DNA of 64,000 bases from an uncultured Verrucomicrobiae bacterium (GCA_963788655.1 CAWBHS010000072.1:288001-352000), one strand, 5' to 3'; counted from the first letter of the stretch, positions 1 through 11,030 are shown. Notes: generated by a model not told the origin, from the sequence alone. Numbers and translations are program-made.

Positions 1-1668
1 TGTTTGTCCCATGAATACCGATCCGTCCGTCAAACGGACCTCGAATGGTGCGGCAGCAGTGTTGGGTTCGGCAAGTCGCCAGGCCGCAACATCGCCTTGG
101 TGTTGATTGAACTCGCGCAAGCCGTAAAGCACTGAACTGACGAGCAGCTTGCGGCGTTTGATGCCGCGCACATCGCCTTCGAACCAGTCGCCGTTCTGTA
201 GCAGAACACCGCTGCGCGCGCACGCGTCTTCAATCGTTAACGCAATCCGTGGAGGCCGAAAGGACACCAGGGCAACCTGGTGCCAAAACACCGACAATTG
301 CTTGCCATCAGATCGCCGTAACTTGACAAGCTGATCATCCAGCGAGGTGATGGAACCGGACAAGAACGTCCCGGTCCGCAGCAAAATCCCTTTCGTCAAC
401 ATGAGTTGCCGGTAAGGCACCGTTGCGGATTGGGAGGTCGCAGCAGGCTCCGGCACGATCCGACAATAGAATGCACTTGCCGGGATGATTTCCAGCCCCT
501 GGCTTTGACTCGACCAACCCAGGCGCACGGAGGCGGAACCGCCGCCTTCGCGGTAGTCCATTTTTAGATCGTAACGGCGGCCAGCCTGCAAGGGCAGTCC
601 GCCATCTTGCCGGCCCGCATCCTTTTTCAACGACCGGCGCGGAATCTCCTGGTGGTCGATCCAGAGCTTTGCCGTGTCGTCGGCATCATAATAAAAGAGG
701 TAATTCTCGGAATATTTCGGTGCGAGCTTACCAGTCCAACGCACTGAGAAATTGTCCTGGCTCAGACGCTCATCCGGAGCGTCCAAACCCCAACCAAAAC
801 TGATCTGGGAATCTCGGCGTTTGAAGCGCAAATCAGTCCACGTCGCCTCCGCAAAATACTCGCCCCACACACCACTAACCGTTAAAACCATCCGATCCAA
901 AACGGCCGTGCAAGGAGCTTTGGGATTTCGGTTCGCAATGGCCAATCCGGCATAATAATCCCGATTCATCGCCACGGGCACCCGGCCGACTGATTCCCAT
1001 TTTTGACCGTCGGCGGACTTGTAGGCGGTAATCCGCTCCTTGTCCTTTTTCAATTTGATCCAGCACGGTGTAGGCGCCGGTTGCGTGAAGCGGACATCGG
1101 CGTTCTTTCCCCATTCGGTGCGGGTGCGAAACGAGTAGGTGCCATCGGCTTTGACCAGCAACGCGACGAACTTGCTGCGGCCCTGGAGCACTTCGCGTAA
1201 CATGATCCCCGCCCGGCCCTGCTTGTCGTTGCACGTTACCTTGGTCACTCGTACCGCCAGTTCGCAATCCCCGCTGACTTTGGTGCTGACCAAGTGACAA
1301 CCGTCCTCTTTTTCGCCGATGTAACCGCCACCGCCGCGCAGATACCACGTGCCATCCACCAGGCCCGTGCTGCCGGCCAAACCAACGTTGCCGACGTCCT
1401 CGGCGGTCCATCCTTCGGCGTTGAAACCACCATTGGCCAAGGCTTCGTCCGTAGCCGCGAACGTGGCCCGCGCTACTTCGGTGAAAAGAAGGGTGAGCGG
1501 ACTTTTGCCCTCGCGCTTCACGATCAACGTGTCGGGCGGAGCGAATTCCAAGTGGCCTTCGATCATTTTGCCGGAGGTTGTGTACACCAACCCGGCGCGC
1601 GCGTCGCCGTATCCTGTCAGCAGGATGATCCATACTCCCCACCAGCGTATTTTCGGAATTGAGTTCAC
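1..1668 (-). CDS. Secreted protein with a ConA-like/DUF1349-type module and a PA14 domain (3' end runs off the window)
   Basis: Hand-translated; absent from the ORF track because there is no stop in the window. GTG at 1668 gives MNSIPKIRWWGVWIILLTGYGDARA (signal-like), WTAEDVG...GRAGIMLRE...WIKLKK...AYKSADGQKW, then PA14 motifs GEYF...DNFSVRWTGKL...DDTAKLWID...YREGGGSASVRLGW. Confidence 0.8.
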   Translation of the reverse strand, partial: MNSIPKIRWWGVWIILLTGYGDARAGLVYTTSGKMIEGHLEFAPPDTLIVKREGKSPLTLLFTEVARATFAATDEALANGGFNAEGWTAEDVGNVGLAGSTGLVDGTWYLRGGGGYIGEKEDGCHLVSTKVSGDCELAVRVTKVTCNDKQGRAGIMLREVLQGRSKFVALLVKADGTYSFRTRTEWGKNADVRFTQPAPTPCWIKLKKDKERITAYKSADGQKWESVGRVPVAMNRDYYAGLAIANRNPKAPCTAVLDRMVLTVSGVWGEYFAEATWTDLRFKRRDSQISFGWGLDAPDERLSQDNFSVRWTGKLAPKYSENYLFYYDADDTAKLWIDHQEIPRRSLKKDAGRQDGGLPLQAGRRYDLKMDYREGGGSASVRLGWSSQSQGLEIIPASAFYCRIVPEPAATSQSATVPYRQLMLTKGILLRTGTFLSGSITSLDDQLVKLRRSDGKQLSVFWHQVALVSFRPPRIALTIEDACARSGVLLQNGDWFEGDVRGIKRRKLLVSSVLYGLREFNQHQGDVAAWRLAEPNTAAAPFEVRLTDGSVFMGQT

Positions 1669-1960
1669 AGTGCTCTACGGATACCCATGCGTGACCGTAG
1701 CGGGTTCAACTTACAGTGCGATTCAACCACGAATATCCACTTCAGGTGTGGTTTGTTGCTGAATCGACACGGCTTAGACGGAGCGAGCAACGCAAAATTC
1801 AGGACGCGGTCCAGCCTGACGCCAGAGCGGCTTTGAACCAAGGCAAGCCTTTGGGGAACGATAGAATTGTGCGAACCTCGCTGCGGCCCGGTTGGCCGCA
1901 CGCCGAAATTGGGCGGGCTGCTGAATGGCGGGAGCGCCGCGATTCTTTAACCGTGCCAGG

Positions 1961-3139
1961 CTAATGCCCCGGTAGGGGAAAGGACGCCCGCACAGTAGTC
2001 TGTTCACCGGGGCGGCTCACCACTACAAACTGGCCACTGAGCAGTTCGGTGAGGCGCTTGGAAATGACCAATCCCAAACCCGCGCCCTGTTGTTCGTAGG
2101 TTTGCCGGTCGAATTGCATGTGCGGTCCGATCCGGGAAATTTGTTCGGCGGTCATACCGCGTCCCAAATTGGTGACCGTGAAATGGAACCGATTGTCCGC
2201 CACTTCGGTTGCCACCCTGACGGGGGTGCCGGATTCGGAAAACTTGAAGGCGTTATCCACCAGTTCCTCCATGATTTTCGAAAGATTATCCTGGGGGATC
2301 AAGACATCGGCTGGGGTGACTTCCAGACACGAATCCGCTTCCCGTTTGAAGCGTTTGGCGATCTTTTGAGCCAATTCCGCCACCACTTCCTCGACCGCCA
2401 CCGGGCTGGCCATACCGGCGAGTTCAATCTTTTTGGATTCGCTGGCCATGAGTTCGATTTGGGAAAACACTAGGAAGTTCTCGATCAACCGGTGCAAGCG
2501 CATCGCCGATTCGTGAATGAAACTGGCCGTCTCGAATATTTCTTCCGGCGGCAAGGAGGCGTAGTCCTCGATCAGGATTTGCGCCAGTCCCACAATACCG
2601 TTGAGGGGGGTCCGCAATTCGTGCGGTAACGCCAGCGAAATGTTGCCGCGGAGTTCATCGAGTTTCTTTTCGGACTGCCTTTGCACTTCGGCTTGTTTCT
2701 CCAAACGGGCGTTCACTGCCGCCATCAATTCCTTGTGCGTAAACGGTTTGGTTAGGTAATCGTCGGCTCCCAGATCCATGCCTTTGCGCATGTTGATTTT
2801 GTCCGCCGCGCCCGATAGAAAAATGAACGGGATGGTGGCCGTAGCCTCGTCCTGCCGCAGCGCGGTCAAGGTTTCGTAACCGTCCATCGTCGGCATGGTG
2901 ACATCACAAATGATCAAATCCGGATGATGCTGCTTGGCCATCTGGATACCCGTCCGGCCGTCTTCCGCGACGTAAGGGGTAAAGCCGAACATGCTGAGAT
3001 ACTCAGAAATGACGACCAAAATGTCCGCCGAGTCGTCAATCACCAGGACTTTCTTGCCGGATGCACCAAGGCTCGAAGGATCCAATGAGGCGTCGGAATC
3101 GCTCGTTTGGGGATAAGGTTCCTGGGGATCGGGAATCAT
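1961..3139 (-). CDS. Hybrid response regulator-histidine kinase (REC-HisKA-HATPase_c)
   Basis: VLVIDD...DLIICDVTMP...KPF receiver domain; PHELRTPLNGI H-box; N-box DNAFKF; GAGLGL G2 box. Start placed at ATG 3139. Confidence 0.93.
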   Translation of the reverse strand: MIPDPQEPYPQTSDSDASLDPSSLGASGKKVLVIDDSADILVVISEYLSMFGFTPYVAEDGRTGIQMAKQHHPDLIICDVTMPTMDGYETLTALRQDEATATIPFIFLSGAADKINMRKGMDLGADDYLTKPFTHKELMAAVNARLEKQAEVQRQSEKKLDELRGNISLALPHELRTPLNGIVGLAQILIEDYASLPPEEIFETASFIHESAMRLHRLIENFLVFSQIELMASESKKIELAGMASPVAVEEVVAELAQKIAKRFKREADSCLEVTPADVLIPQDNLSKIMEELVDNAFKFSESGTPVRVATEVADNRFHFTVTNLGRGMTAEQISRIGPHMQFDRQTYEQQGAGLGLVISKRLTELLSGQFVVVSRPGEQTTVRASFPLPGH

Positions 3140-3298
3140 GATCGGTTGACAGCTATTAGACCAAAAACAGACAAAATGTCGTGGCCGCCCGTGTTTCCTG
3201 GGCCACTCGGCCAAGGGGCATCAACGGGCGAGATCCAGTCCCGCGCACAAACTTGACAGGCATGAGCCACCAATGGAGTTTCCATTCCTCCGACTTTG

Positions 3299-3314
3299 AG
3301 CAAAAGAAATGCCG
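3299..3314 (-). promoter_or_regulatory. Putative sigma54 (-24/-12) promoter
   Basis: Minus strand CGGCATTTCTTTTGCT has GG-N10-GC spacing, upstream of the hybrid kinase. Confidence 0.4.
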
Positions 3315-3444
3315 CTTGCCGCACAGATCAAATTACCCGGAACGAGGGACGCCATAACCGGCCGAAACGACTCAGTAGAATCCCGCAAAACCGTGGCTGA
3401 TTGATCTCGAATTGGTGTCGAGCGGACGATAATTTGGCTCCCGC

Positions 3445-4077
3445 ATGAATCCAGAGAATCCAACTCCAGCGGTGCCCGGCGCCCGCTTCGAGACGGCCAT
3501 TCGTCGTTTCGATGAAGAAAATGCCCACGATCCCAACACCACGTTTGCCGACGGCAGGTCCTGGCCGCGCGAATTGTTGTATGCGCACCGAATGTCCAAC
3601 TGGGTGCAGAAGCTTTGTCCCGAAGCCTCCGAGGCGCTTCGCCTGGCCGCCCGTTGCCAACACATCTGCCGTTGGTCCATCCCGCGCAGCCAATTCCCGA
3701 TGACGCGCGCCGGCTACTTGAAATGGCGGACCGAACTCAAGCAGTTTCACGCCCGTAAAGCGCGGGAAATTCTCACCGAGATCGGTTATCCGGAGGTAGC
3801 TATAGCCCAGGTCGAAGCGCTTAATCTTAAGCAACTTTTCCCCGACGATCCCGAAAGCCGGGTATTGGAAGATGCCTTGTGCCTGATCTTCCTGGAATAT
3901 CAACTGGCGGAACTGGCGCCGCGTTCGACCGAGGACAAAATGATCAACGCGCTCCGTAAATCCTGGGACAAAATGACGCCGATAGCGCGGGAGATCGCTC
4001 TCAAACTACCGCTGGGGCCGGCGGAAAAGAAATTGGTGGAGAAGGCGCTGGGCGGTGGACTGGGTGACGCTCAGTAG
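3445..4077 (+). CDS. DUF4202 family protein
   Basis: FDEENAHDPN, ELLYAHRMS, AARCQHICRW, RAGYLKWR, LEDALCLIFLE and KSWDKM are characteristic of DUF4202. Confidence 0.88.
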   Translation: MNPENPTPAVPGARFETAIRRFDEENAHDPNTTFADGRSWPRELLYAHRMSNWVQKLCPEASEALRLAARCQHICRWSIPRSQFPMTRAGYLKWRTELKQFHARKAREILTEIGYPEVAIAQVEALNLKQLFPDDPESRVLEDALCLIFLEYQLAELAPRSTEDKMINALRKSWDKMTPIAREIALKLPLGPAEKKLVEKALGGGLGDAQ

Positions 4078-4225
4078 CGGCGACGAAAGTTGAGGGGATA
4101 AAGCGATGAAGCATGAATAATTGAAGCGGCAGCGAATTTGCGCTTGGCGTGAATCTTTGGACGCCGGATCGAAGGTGCCAAATGGACGCTTGTGTGGGTG
4201 CTGATGGAGAGTTAAATTATGAACG

Positions 4226-4480
4226 ATGAAATTGCGGACGGATCTTCTGGAGCAATTGCGGGACGAGGACATCCTCGAGGAAGTCCTGGCGAACAATCCC
4301 CGCTACAAACCCGCGCCCAATTTCTCAAAAACCGGAGTTGGGAGCTTGTCGTCAGCCTCAACCAAGCAGCGTGCGCAAGAGGTCGAGCGCAACACGGCCT
4401 TAATCCGGAGACTCACGAAGCGCTTGCCACAGAATGGCAAGTCACGCAAAGCCGGATCCTCTAACTCGACGAAACCTTAG
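4226..4480 (+). CDS. Small hypothetical protein
   Basis: 84-aa ATG ORF with protein-like, charged helical composition, following an AT-rich promoter-like stretch. Confidence 0.6.
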   Translation: MKLRTDLLEQLRDEDILEEVLANNPRYKPAPNFSKTGVGSLSSASTKQRAQEVERNTALIRRLTKRLPQNGKSRKAGSSNSTKP

Positions 4481-4525
4481 AATTCCTGCGCCGCTGTCAT
4501 CGGCGGGCGCCATTTCTTTTCTTCA

Positions 4526-4842
4526 ATGGCAACACGTTTGCCGACTTGGGGCGACGCATTGCGGCTGCTCTGTTTGCTGAACTCCCTGCCACCCGGTTGC
4601 GTGAAGTCACCTCCGCCATTGCTCACTACATCGCTGGCGTGCTCGATCGCGAATCAATGGTCGCTATTGTCGAAAGCCTTTCCACCGCCGCTGACTTCCA
4701 ACCCGGCGACCGGGTTAAAACATTCCGAGGTACCCTCCATGGGATCATTGTAAGAATCTTGGCGGATGGACGGGTGGTTTGGCGTCCGGATGGCGGCCAC
4801 AATGAATTGACTGCGTTGCCGGAAAGTCTGGTACGAGAGTAA
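4526..4842 (+). CDS. Hypothetical protein with a C-terminal SH3/KOW-like motif (probable frameshift near 4538)
   Basis: ORF 4546..4842 (..FQPGDRVKTFRGTLHGIIVRILADGRVVW..). One extra T in CGTTTG would join it to ATG 4526 (MATRFADLGRRIAAALFAEL). Confidence 0.6.
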
Positions 4843-4863
4843 TTCTCGAACGGAGCGCAATCA

Positions 4864-5014
4864 GTCGCGCCAGCGTTTGGAGTGCGTCCGGCTTGCCGGC
4901 GCTTTCGACGAACGGTGAGCGGACACATCCTCCGGGGGCACTGCATTTACCCTTCAGCGCACCAGGAGCATCGAAAGCGGGAGCAAGCTCCGCGCACTCC
5001 AAACGCTGCGCGAC
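4864..5014. repeat. REP-doublet/REPIN, TTGGAGTGC family, copy 1
   Basis: Inverted arms GTCGCGCCAGCGTTTGGAGTGCG ... CGCACTCCAAACGCTGCGCGAC between convergent genes. Confidence 0.8.
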
Positions 5015-5131
5015 TTTCAGAGGCCACTCGCATGTTGATTGCGCTGCACACTTCTTCACGCACTGAGGCTCGCAACGGAGTGAAGTGCCACCAAACATTT
5101 CAAACTGACGAAGCTGCCAAGCTGCCACCGC

Positions 5132-6400
5132 CTACTCATAACGCAGTGATTCTATTGGATCGAGATTGGCGGCTTTGATGGCGGGGTAGGTGCCAAAGAC
5201 AATTCCCACCAGGGAGCAAATCAACAAGCCGATCACGGTCCAATCCACGGGAATGACCGGTGAAACCTTCAGCAGCCAGGCTGCCACGTTGCCGCCGGCA
5301 ATCCCGAAGGCCACACCCAACACGCCACCGACCTGGCAAATTACGATGGCTTCCATGATGAATTGGGTCAGAATGTTGCGCTTCTTCGCGCCCACCGCCC
5401 GCCGGATACCAATTTCCCGCGTCCGCTCGGTCACCGACACCAGCATGATGTTCATGATGCCAATCCCGGCCGCCAACAGGGCAATGGAACTGATGACCGT
5501 GGCCCCAACCCGTACCGCCAGGGTCACCGACCGGAACTGCGTGATCAGCGAGTCGTTGGTATAAATCTCGAAATCGTCCGGTTCTCCGGGCGGCACTTTG
5601 CGGATGGTGCGCAACGCGCCCCGAGCTTGTTCGATGGCGTCGTCCAGCACGCTCGGGCTCCGCGCCTGCACCAGGATGTTCACACTGCGTTCCTGCGCGG
5701 CGAATTGGCTGAGCCCGGTCGTGATCGGGATGGCCAGGAAATTATCCTGATCACCCCCCAGCGTTTTGCCGCGGGCTTCGAGCACACCGATCACCGTGTA
5801 ATTGATCCCGCGGAACTTGACCTTCTGCCCCAGACTGGATCCGAACGGAAACAGTTGTTCGGCCAGTGTGTTCCCCAGCACGCAGACATTTCGCCGACCC
5901 TCCACATCCAAAGGCATGATGGCGCGGCCATTTTCAATGCTCCAATTTTTGGCCGCAAACGCTTCGGGGCTGACCCCCAGCATGGCTATTTCCGGATCGG
6001 TGGCTTCGAACCGGGAAATGGCTGCGTCGCGCCAAAGCCGCCGTTCCACAGCCACGAAGGCGGCCAAGGTGGCTTTGTCACGAAGCGCTTGGGCCTGGGC
6101 ATACGTTATGTTTTTTCGTCGCCAAATCTTTTCCCAGCCTTCGCGATCCGAAACATGGATGACCGGAAATTTCTGGATGCTAAACGTTTGCGTGCCGAGT
6201 TGGCTGAGTTCGTTTTCAATGTTCGACTGGAGCACCCGGATTGCGGTCATGACCACGATGATCGAAAACACTCCCACCAAAACGCCCAGGAGCGTTAGGG
6301 CCGAGCGCAGCTTGTGTGCCGCCAGGGCGCCCATGGCCATGAGAAAACTCTCGTGAATTTCGGCCCGCAAAATGGACAACAAGGAACGACGGGTGCTCAT
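5132..6400 (-). CDS. MacB/FtsX-family ABC transporter permease
   Basis: [43 protein letters not shown]-terminal LDPIESLRYE. Confidence 0.93.
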   Translation of the reverse strand: MSTRRSLLSILRAEIHESFLMAMGALAAHKLRSALTLLGVLVGVFSIIVVMTAIRVLQSNIENELSQLGTQTFSIQKFPVIHVSDREGWEKIWRRKNITYAQAQALRDKATLAAFVAVERRLWRDAAISRFEATDPEIAMLGVSPEAFAAKNWSIENGRAIMPLDVEGRRNVCVLGNTLAEQLFPFGSSLGQKVKFRGINYTVIGVLEARGKTLGGDQDNFLAIPITTGLSQFAAQERSVNILVQARSPSVLDDAIEQARGALRTIRKVPPGEPDDFEIYTNDSLITQFRSVTLAVRVGATVISSIALLAAGIGIMNIMLVSVTERTREIGIRRAVGAKKRNILTQFIMEAIVICQVGGVLGVAFGIAGGNVAAWLLKVSPVIPVDWTVIGLLICSLVGIVFGTYPAIKAANLDPIESLRYE

Positions 6401-6416
6401 ACGGTGATCCCCTCCA

Positions 6417-6534
6417 CGTAGGACAGCCGTCCCGGCTGTCTCGAATGGCAAACGGCGCTCAACCACTGCAGGACGTTTCGTGACGAAAGGACCGACGTTG
6501 GGAAGTTCGAGACAGGCGAGACGCCTGTCCTACG
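6417..6534. repeat. GTAG-type REP doublet (GTAGGACAG family), copy 1
   Basis: CGTAGGACAGCCGTCCCGGCTGTCTCG ... CGAGACAGGCGAGACGCCTGTCCTACG inverted pair; related copies at 39938 and 61514. Confidence 0.85.
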
Positions 6535-6575
6535 GCCAATGCCGCCCAACCGTTGGGTAACCCGAAGCGCCGTTC

Positions 6576-7796
6576 TCATTCCGCCCTCAACGCATCCACC
6601 GGATTCATGCGCGCGGCGCGGTAGGCTGGCATGAATCCGGAGATCAATCCCGTTAACAGCGCCGTGGCCATCCCAATCGCCGCGACGTGCAGCGACATGG
6701 AGGCCGGGATGAAATTCTTGATGATGAGACTCGCTCCGAACGCGATCCCTAATCCCAGGATGCCTCCAACCATACAGATCAAGGCCGCTTCGATCAGGAA
6801 CTGGATGAGGATGGTCCGGCGTTTGGCGCCAATGGCTTTGCGAATGCCGATCTCCCGAGTCCGCTCGGCCACCGAAACGAACATGATGTTCATGATGCCG
6901 ATCCCGCCCACAAACAGCGACAAACCGGTGATGAACAGCCCCACCGAAGCAATGATGCCGGAAACCTTCTTAAAGCTGGTGATGATCATCTCCTGTTGAT
7001 TGATTGCAAAATCATCTTCCTGACCGGGCGGCACGCGCCGGATTTTCCGGAGGATGCCGCGTAATTCTTCTTTCGCCTCGCCCATTTGCGCGGCCTCGCG
7101 CACCTTGACCATGATCATCAAATATGGGTGCCGGGAGAAATCGCTCACAAACCGCGTGATGGGAATGATCACTTGGTTGTCCATGTTGGCAAAGAGGAAC
7201 TGACCGAATTTGTCGAGCACGCCAATCACTTCGAAATTGATGTCGCCGATTTTGATCCGGTGACCGATGCCGGATTGGCGCGGAAACAACTGCGACGCAA
7301 TTTCCGCGCCCAATACGCACACTGGCCGCGCCCCGGCGACTTCGGCGGCGCTGAAAAACCGTCCCTCGGCGATGGTGAGTTGGCGCACCAGAGCGCTTTG
7401 TTCACTGTTGCCGGCAATCCAAACACCCGGGGCCGTCTTGTCCCGGTAACTGACCGTTTGCGTCGTCGAGGCCTCCACGCTTACGGCCAGGGCGAATTTG
7501 GATTCGCGCGCAATGGTTCGGGCGTCTGACAGTTCGAGGTTCCGCCGGTTGCGAATCTGCCACCAGGCCTTGGTGCGTTCCCAAGGAAACTTCTCGATGA
7601 AGAACACGTCCGAACCCAGTGCCGAAATGCTGCGCAGAAACGACTGGTTCAAGCCTTCAATGGCCGTCGCCATCAGGGAAACCGTCAAGATGCCAATCAC
7701 AATGCCCAGCGTGGTCAGGACAGACCGCATTTTGTTCGCCCCAATGGCAGTCCAGGAAATCTTCAAGCCCTCGCCCAGTTCAGCCCACAGGTTCAT
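6576..7796 (-). CDS. MacB/FtsX-family ABC transporter permease
   Basis: [53 protein letters not shown]. Confidence 0.93.
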   Translation of the reverse strand: MNLWAELGEGLKISWTAIGANKMRSVLTTLGIVIGILTVSLMATAIEGLNQSFLRSISALGSDVFFIEKFPWERTKAWWQIRNRRNLELSDARTIARESKFALAVSVEASTTQTVSYRDKTAPGVWIAGNSEQSALVRQLTIAEGRFFSAAEVAGARPVCVLGAEIASQLFPRQSGIGHRIKIGDINFEVIGVLDKFGQFLFANMDNQVIIPITRFVSDFSRHPYLMIMVKVREAAQMGEAKEELRGILRKIRRVPPGQEDDFAINQQEMIITSFKKVSGIIASVGLFITGLSLFVGGIGIMNIMFVSVAERTREIGIRKAIGAKRRTILIQFLIEAALICMVGGILGLGIAFGASLIIKNFIPASMSLHVAAIGMATALLTGLISGFMPAYRAARMNPVDALRAE

Positions 7797-8565
7797 TGCT
7801 GGCCTTTTCACTGACGGGAGTCGCGCCGTCCAACTTCGCATGGATCGTTGCCGCAGGGCTGGTCATCCGTGGCGTTTGTACGGTGCCGGGGTGTTCATCA
7901 CTGGCGATCAAGCCGTCGCGAATGCGAATAATTCGGCGGGCTTGGCGGGCGATCTCCTCTTCGTGCGTGACGACCAGGATCGTGTTGCCCTTGCGCGACA
8001 GTGCTTCGAACAGTTCCATGATTTCCACACCGGTACGGGAGTCGAGATTGCCGGTCGGTTCGTCGGCCAGCAGGAGGGACGGATTGTTCACCAACGCCCG
8101 CGCGACGGCCACGCGCTGGCGCTGGCCGCCGGACAACTCATTCGGCTTGTGATGGACGCGGTCGCTCAAGCCCACGTGATCCAACGCGGCCAGTGCAATT
8201 TCCCGGCGCTCGTCCACCGGCAGGCCGGCATAAATCAACGGCAGTTCCACGTTGTGCAAGGCGTGCGAACGCGGCAGCAGATTGAACGTTTGGAAGACAA
8301 AACCGATTTCGCGATTGCGAATTTCCGCCAGTTCATTGTCGTCCATGTCGCTCACGTCGGTGCCATTCAATTCGTAGGAACCGGAAGAGGGCGTATCCAG
8401 ACAGCCAATGAGATTCATGAGCGTGGACTTGCCGGAACCGCTGGGACCCATGATGGCCACGTAATCGCCGCGTTGGATTTCGATCGACACCTCCCTCAGG
8501 GCATGAACCGTCTCCGCGCCCATTTGGTAACGCCGCGAAATGTTTTGCAATCGGATCAGGCTCAC
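7780..8565 (-). CDS. MacB/LolD-type ABC transporter ATP-binding protein
   Basis: Walker [10 protein letters not shown], signature LSGGQRQR, Walker [16 protein letters not shown]. Confidence 0.96.
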   Translation of the reverse strand: MSLIRLQNISRRYQMGAETVHALREVSIEIQRGDYVAIMGPSGSGKSTLMNLIGCLDTPSSGSYELNGTDVSDMDDNELAEIRNREIGFVFQTFNLLPRSHALHNVELPLIYAGLPVDERREIALAALDHVGLSDRVHHKPNELSGGQRQRVAVARALVNNPSLLLADEPTGNLDSRTGVEIMELFEALSRKGNTILVVTHEEEIARQARRIIRIRDGLIASDEHPGTVQTPRMTSPAATIHAKLDGATPVSEKASNEPVG

Positions 8566-8592
8566 AACAGTCAGGCCGCGATGCCGCGCGGG

Positions 8593-9924
8593 CTATTTCT
8601 TCTCCTTCTCTTTTTCCGGAGTCCCCTTCTTGATTTTCTTGCCGTCCTCCAAGTCGCGGTTGATGGCTTTGTAACCGCCGGACACCACCTCTTGTCCTTC
8701 CTCCAATCCGCTGGTGATTTCCACGTAATAGTCGTCGCTGATGCCGCGTTTGACCGGCACCATCTTGGCGTGATCGCCCTCGACCACAAACACCACTTCG
8801 ATGGGCTTGGGCGGTTCGTCGGGTTTGGTTGTTTCGGTCTGGTTCGTGGAGGCAATCTGGTTCGTTGCCGGCGCATTGGTCGCCGCGGTCGCCGGGGCTT
8901 GGTCCTTCTTTTCGCCCTTCGGTTGCTTCGGCAGCCGGGTGGTCACGCATTGGATGGGAACGGTCAGAACATTGGTTCGGTGGCGAGTTTCAATTTCGGC
9001 GGTCACCGACATTCCGGGCCGGAATTCCTCCTTCTCACTAATCCGGATTTTCACTTCGAACTTGGTGGCTTCCTGGCTGGAGGAATTACCGCTCCCGGTC
9101 AAACCCTTGGCCGCGTTGGCGATTTCGGTCACGGTGCCGGAGAACTTGCAGTCGCGGAAGGCATCGACTTCGAGGTGCGCCGGCTGCCCCAATTCAACCA
9201 GCACGATGTCGATCTCGCCGATGTCCACTCGGGCCTCCATCTCATTGAGGTTGGCGATGGTCATGATCTCCGTGCCAGCCATCAGCGACGTGCCGACCAC
9301 GCGTTCGCCTTGCTGCGAACGCAACCGGGTGACCGTGCCGTCCATCGGCGCCACAATGGTAGTTTTTTCGAGATCATCCGCGGCACGCGCCACTGCGGCC
9401 TTGGCCTGTTCCGCCAGGTAAATGCTGCTCTCGTGGGAGGCTTTGGCGACTTCGTACGTGGTCTTGGCTGCGAGGAAATCCGAATCGGACACCAGTTCGT
9501 TCTTAAACAATTCCTGGCTGCGTTTGAATTCCAGTTCCGCCTTGTGCAGGTTCGCCTCCGCCAGGCTCTTGCCGGCCAGCGCGGACTGATAGTTGGCTTG
9601 GGCGGAGTTGACGCTGGCCTGGTAATTGTCCCGTTTGATCCGGACGAGCACGTCTCCCTTCTTGACCACTTGGCCTTCCTGCACCGGCAGGTCAACGATC
9701 TCGCCGCTGACCTCGGGATTGATCACCACTTGCACCACGGGCTGGATTTTTCCGTTGGCGACGACCATTTCGGTGAGATTGCGGCGCTGGACCTTCTCGG
9801 TCTGGACGGTGATGAATACTTCCTTCTTGCGCAAGACCGACGCCAGTGAGAGTCCGGCAACGACCAGCAGGATGGTCGTCCAAACAATCCATTTGCGGCG
9901 CCGTGTATGTTTTGGTTTGGCCAT
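8593..9924 (-). CDS. MacA-like efflux periplasmic adaptor subunit
   Basis: N-terminal TM anchor, EVSGEIVDLPVQEGQVVKKGDVL lipoyl half, coiled-coil hairpin, FRPGMS, VEITSGLEEGQEVV. Confidence 0.93.
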   Translation of the reverse strand: MAKPKHTRRRKWIVWTTILLVVAGLSLASVLRKKEVFITVQTEKVQRRNLTEMVVANGKIQPVVQVVINPEVSGEIVDLPVQEGQVVKKGDVLVRIKRDNYQASVNSAQANYQSALAGKSLAEANLHKAELEFKRSQELFKNELVSDSDFLAAKTTYEVAKASHESSIYLAEQAKAAVARAADDLEKTTIVAPMDGTVTRLRSQQGERVVGTSLMAGTEIMTIANLNEMEARVDIGEIDIVLVELGQPAHLEVDAFRDCKFSGTVTEIANAAKGLTGSGNSSSQEATKFEVKIRISEKEEFRPGMSVTAEIETRHRTNVLTVPIQCVTTRLPKQPKGEKKDQAPATAATNAPATNQIASTNQTETTKPDEPPKPIEVVFVVEGDHAKMVPVKRGISDDYYVEITSGLEEGQEVVSGGYKAINRDLEDGKKIKKGTPEKEKEKK

Positions 9925-10051
9925 GATTCTTGAACTTTAAAACACTGTGCCGTTCTTATGTTTCAGCAATTCAGCAGCGAAGATGATCTTGCACTCGTCA
10001 CGAAAACTTAGGCAATTACACCCATTTCGCGGCTTTGTAAGGCGAACCGAC

Positions 10052-10825
10052 TCACATTCCCGACGGTGCTCCCTGAATCCAAATCAGTCCCAGCCCGAAT
10101 ACCATCCAGGGCACAAACAACCATAGGAAGGAGTGGAATAGAACAATTCGACTCAAGCGGGACAACCCGATTGCCAGCACGACAATGTACCAAATGGTCA
10201 TGACGTTGAAGACGGACAAGACCTGGAAGAGTCGGTCGGTCGCTTCGACATGCGGCAGCAACATCGCCGGACTGGGGGATGCGTACAAGTTTCCGGTCGC
10301 GGCAATCAGCAGCGTCTTCACCACTGTGCCCAATGTTCCCACCAAACCGGCCAATCCGCACATCTCCAGCGTCTTGCCGAAACCCATCTCCGCGCGGAAC
10401 ACCCACCGGCCCAGCAGCCACACCAGCAGCGTGATAAGAAATAAACCGGCTAGACTCACGACCACGGCTCCGGCAATGGCAAAGATCTTCATGACAATCG
10501 GGCGCGAAAACATTTCGACGACCGATCGGGCTTGTTCCCGCTGGTCCGGCGGCATTTGTTCCAGGCGCTTCTCGGTGGCCTGCACTTGCTGTTCGCGAAT
10601 CTGTTGCCAAATAGATTCCTGCGAAAACAGCACCAAGACGGAACCCGTCGCCACCAGGCAGGCCAACGCCAACGGCACCAGCCAGTTGGCGACAGCCATC
10701 CGATGATGCCTAAGTTCTTCGAAAACGTCGCTGGGCATGACGAAGACATTCATCATCCGTGCCCACAACGAACTGCCACGGCCCGAGACGGGCTCTGAAG
10801 GTAAGGGCGGCGGTTCAAATTCCAT
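10052..10825 (-). CDS. Yip1-family membrane protein
   Basis: MNVFVMPSDVFEEL...WLVP N-terminal motif and about five hydrophobic helices; lies upstream of the adaptor/ABC genes. Confidence 0.8.
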   Translation of the reverse strand: MEFEPPPLPSEPVSGRGSSLWARMMNVFVMPSDVFEELRHHRMAVANWLVPLALACLVATGSVLVLFSQESIWQQIREQQVQATEKRLEQMPPDQREQARSVVEMFSRPIVMKIFAIAGAVVVSLAGLFLITLLVWLLGRWVFRAEMGFGKTLEMCGLAGLVGTLGTVVKTLLIAATGNLYASPSPAMLLPHVEATDRLFQVLSVFNVMTIWYIVVLAIGLSRLSRIVLFHSFLWLFVPWMVFGLGLIWIQGAPSGM

Positions 10826-11030
10826 ACACAGTTGCACAAAGTTTAGACGTTAGTGAATCTAAAGCCTCACGTCTGGCTGGAAAAGCAATAATCCCAAAAC
10901 TCCACCTCGGGCTCCTCCAAAAGCTGGCAGCCATGGTCCGGCCCTGGCAAACATCACCATCCAGAATCCGACGCCCGATGAAGCCGCGCAAAACCGATGT
11001 TTGGAACCTTCTGCTCTCGAATTTTGGATT

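Noticed and set aside
875..1642. 255-aa Arg-rich minus-strand ORF from the track
   Set aside because: Wrong frame; the real gene is the PA14 protein starting at 1668 and running off the window.
7498..9849. 783-aa ORF on the + strand
   Set aside because: Antisense shadow of the adaptor/ABC genes; no recognisable motifs, typical of high-GC DNA.
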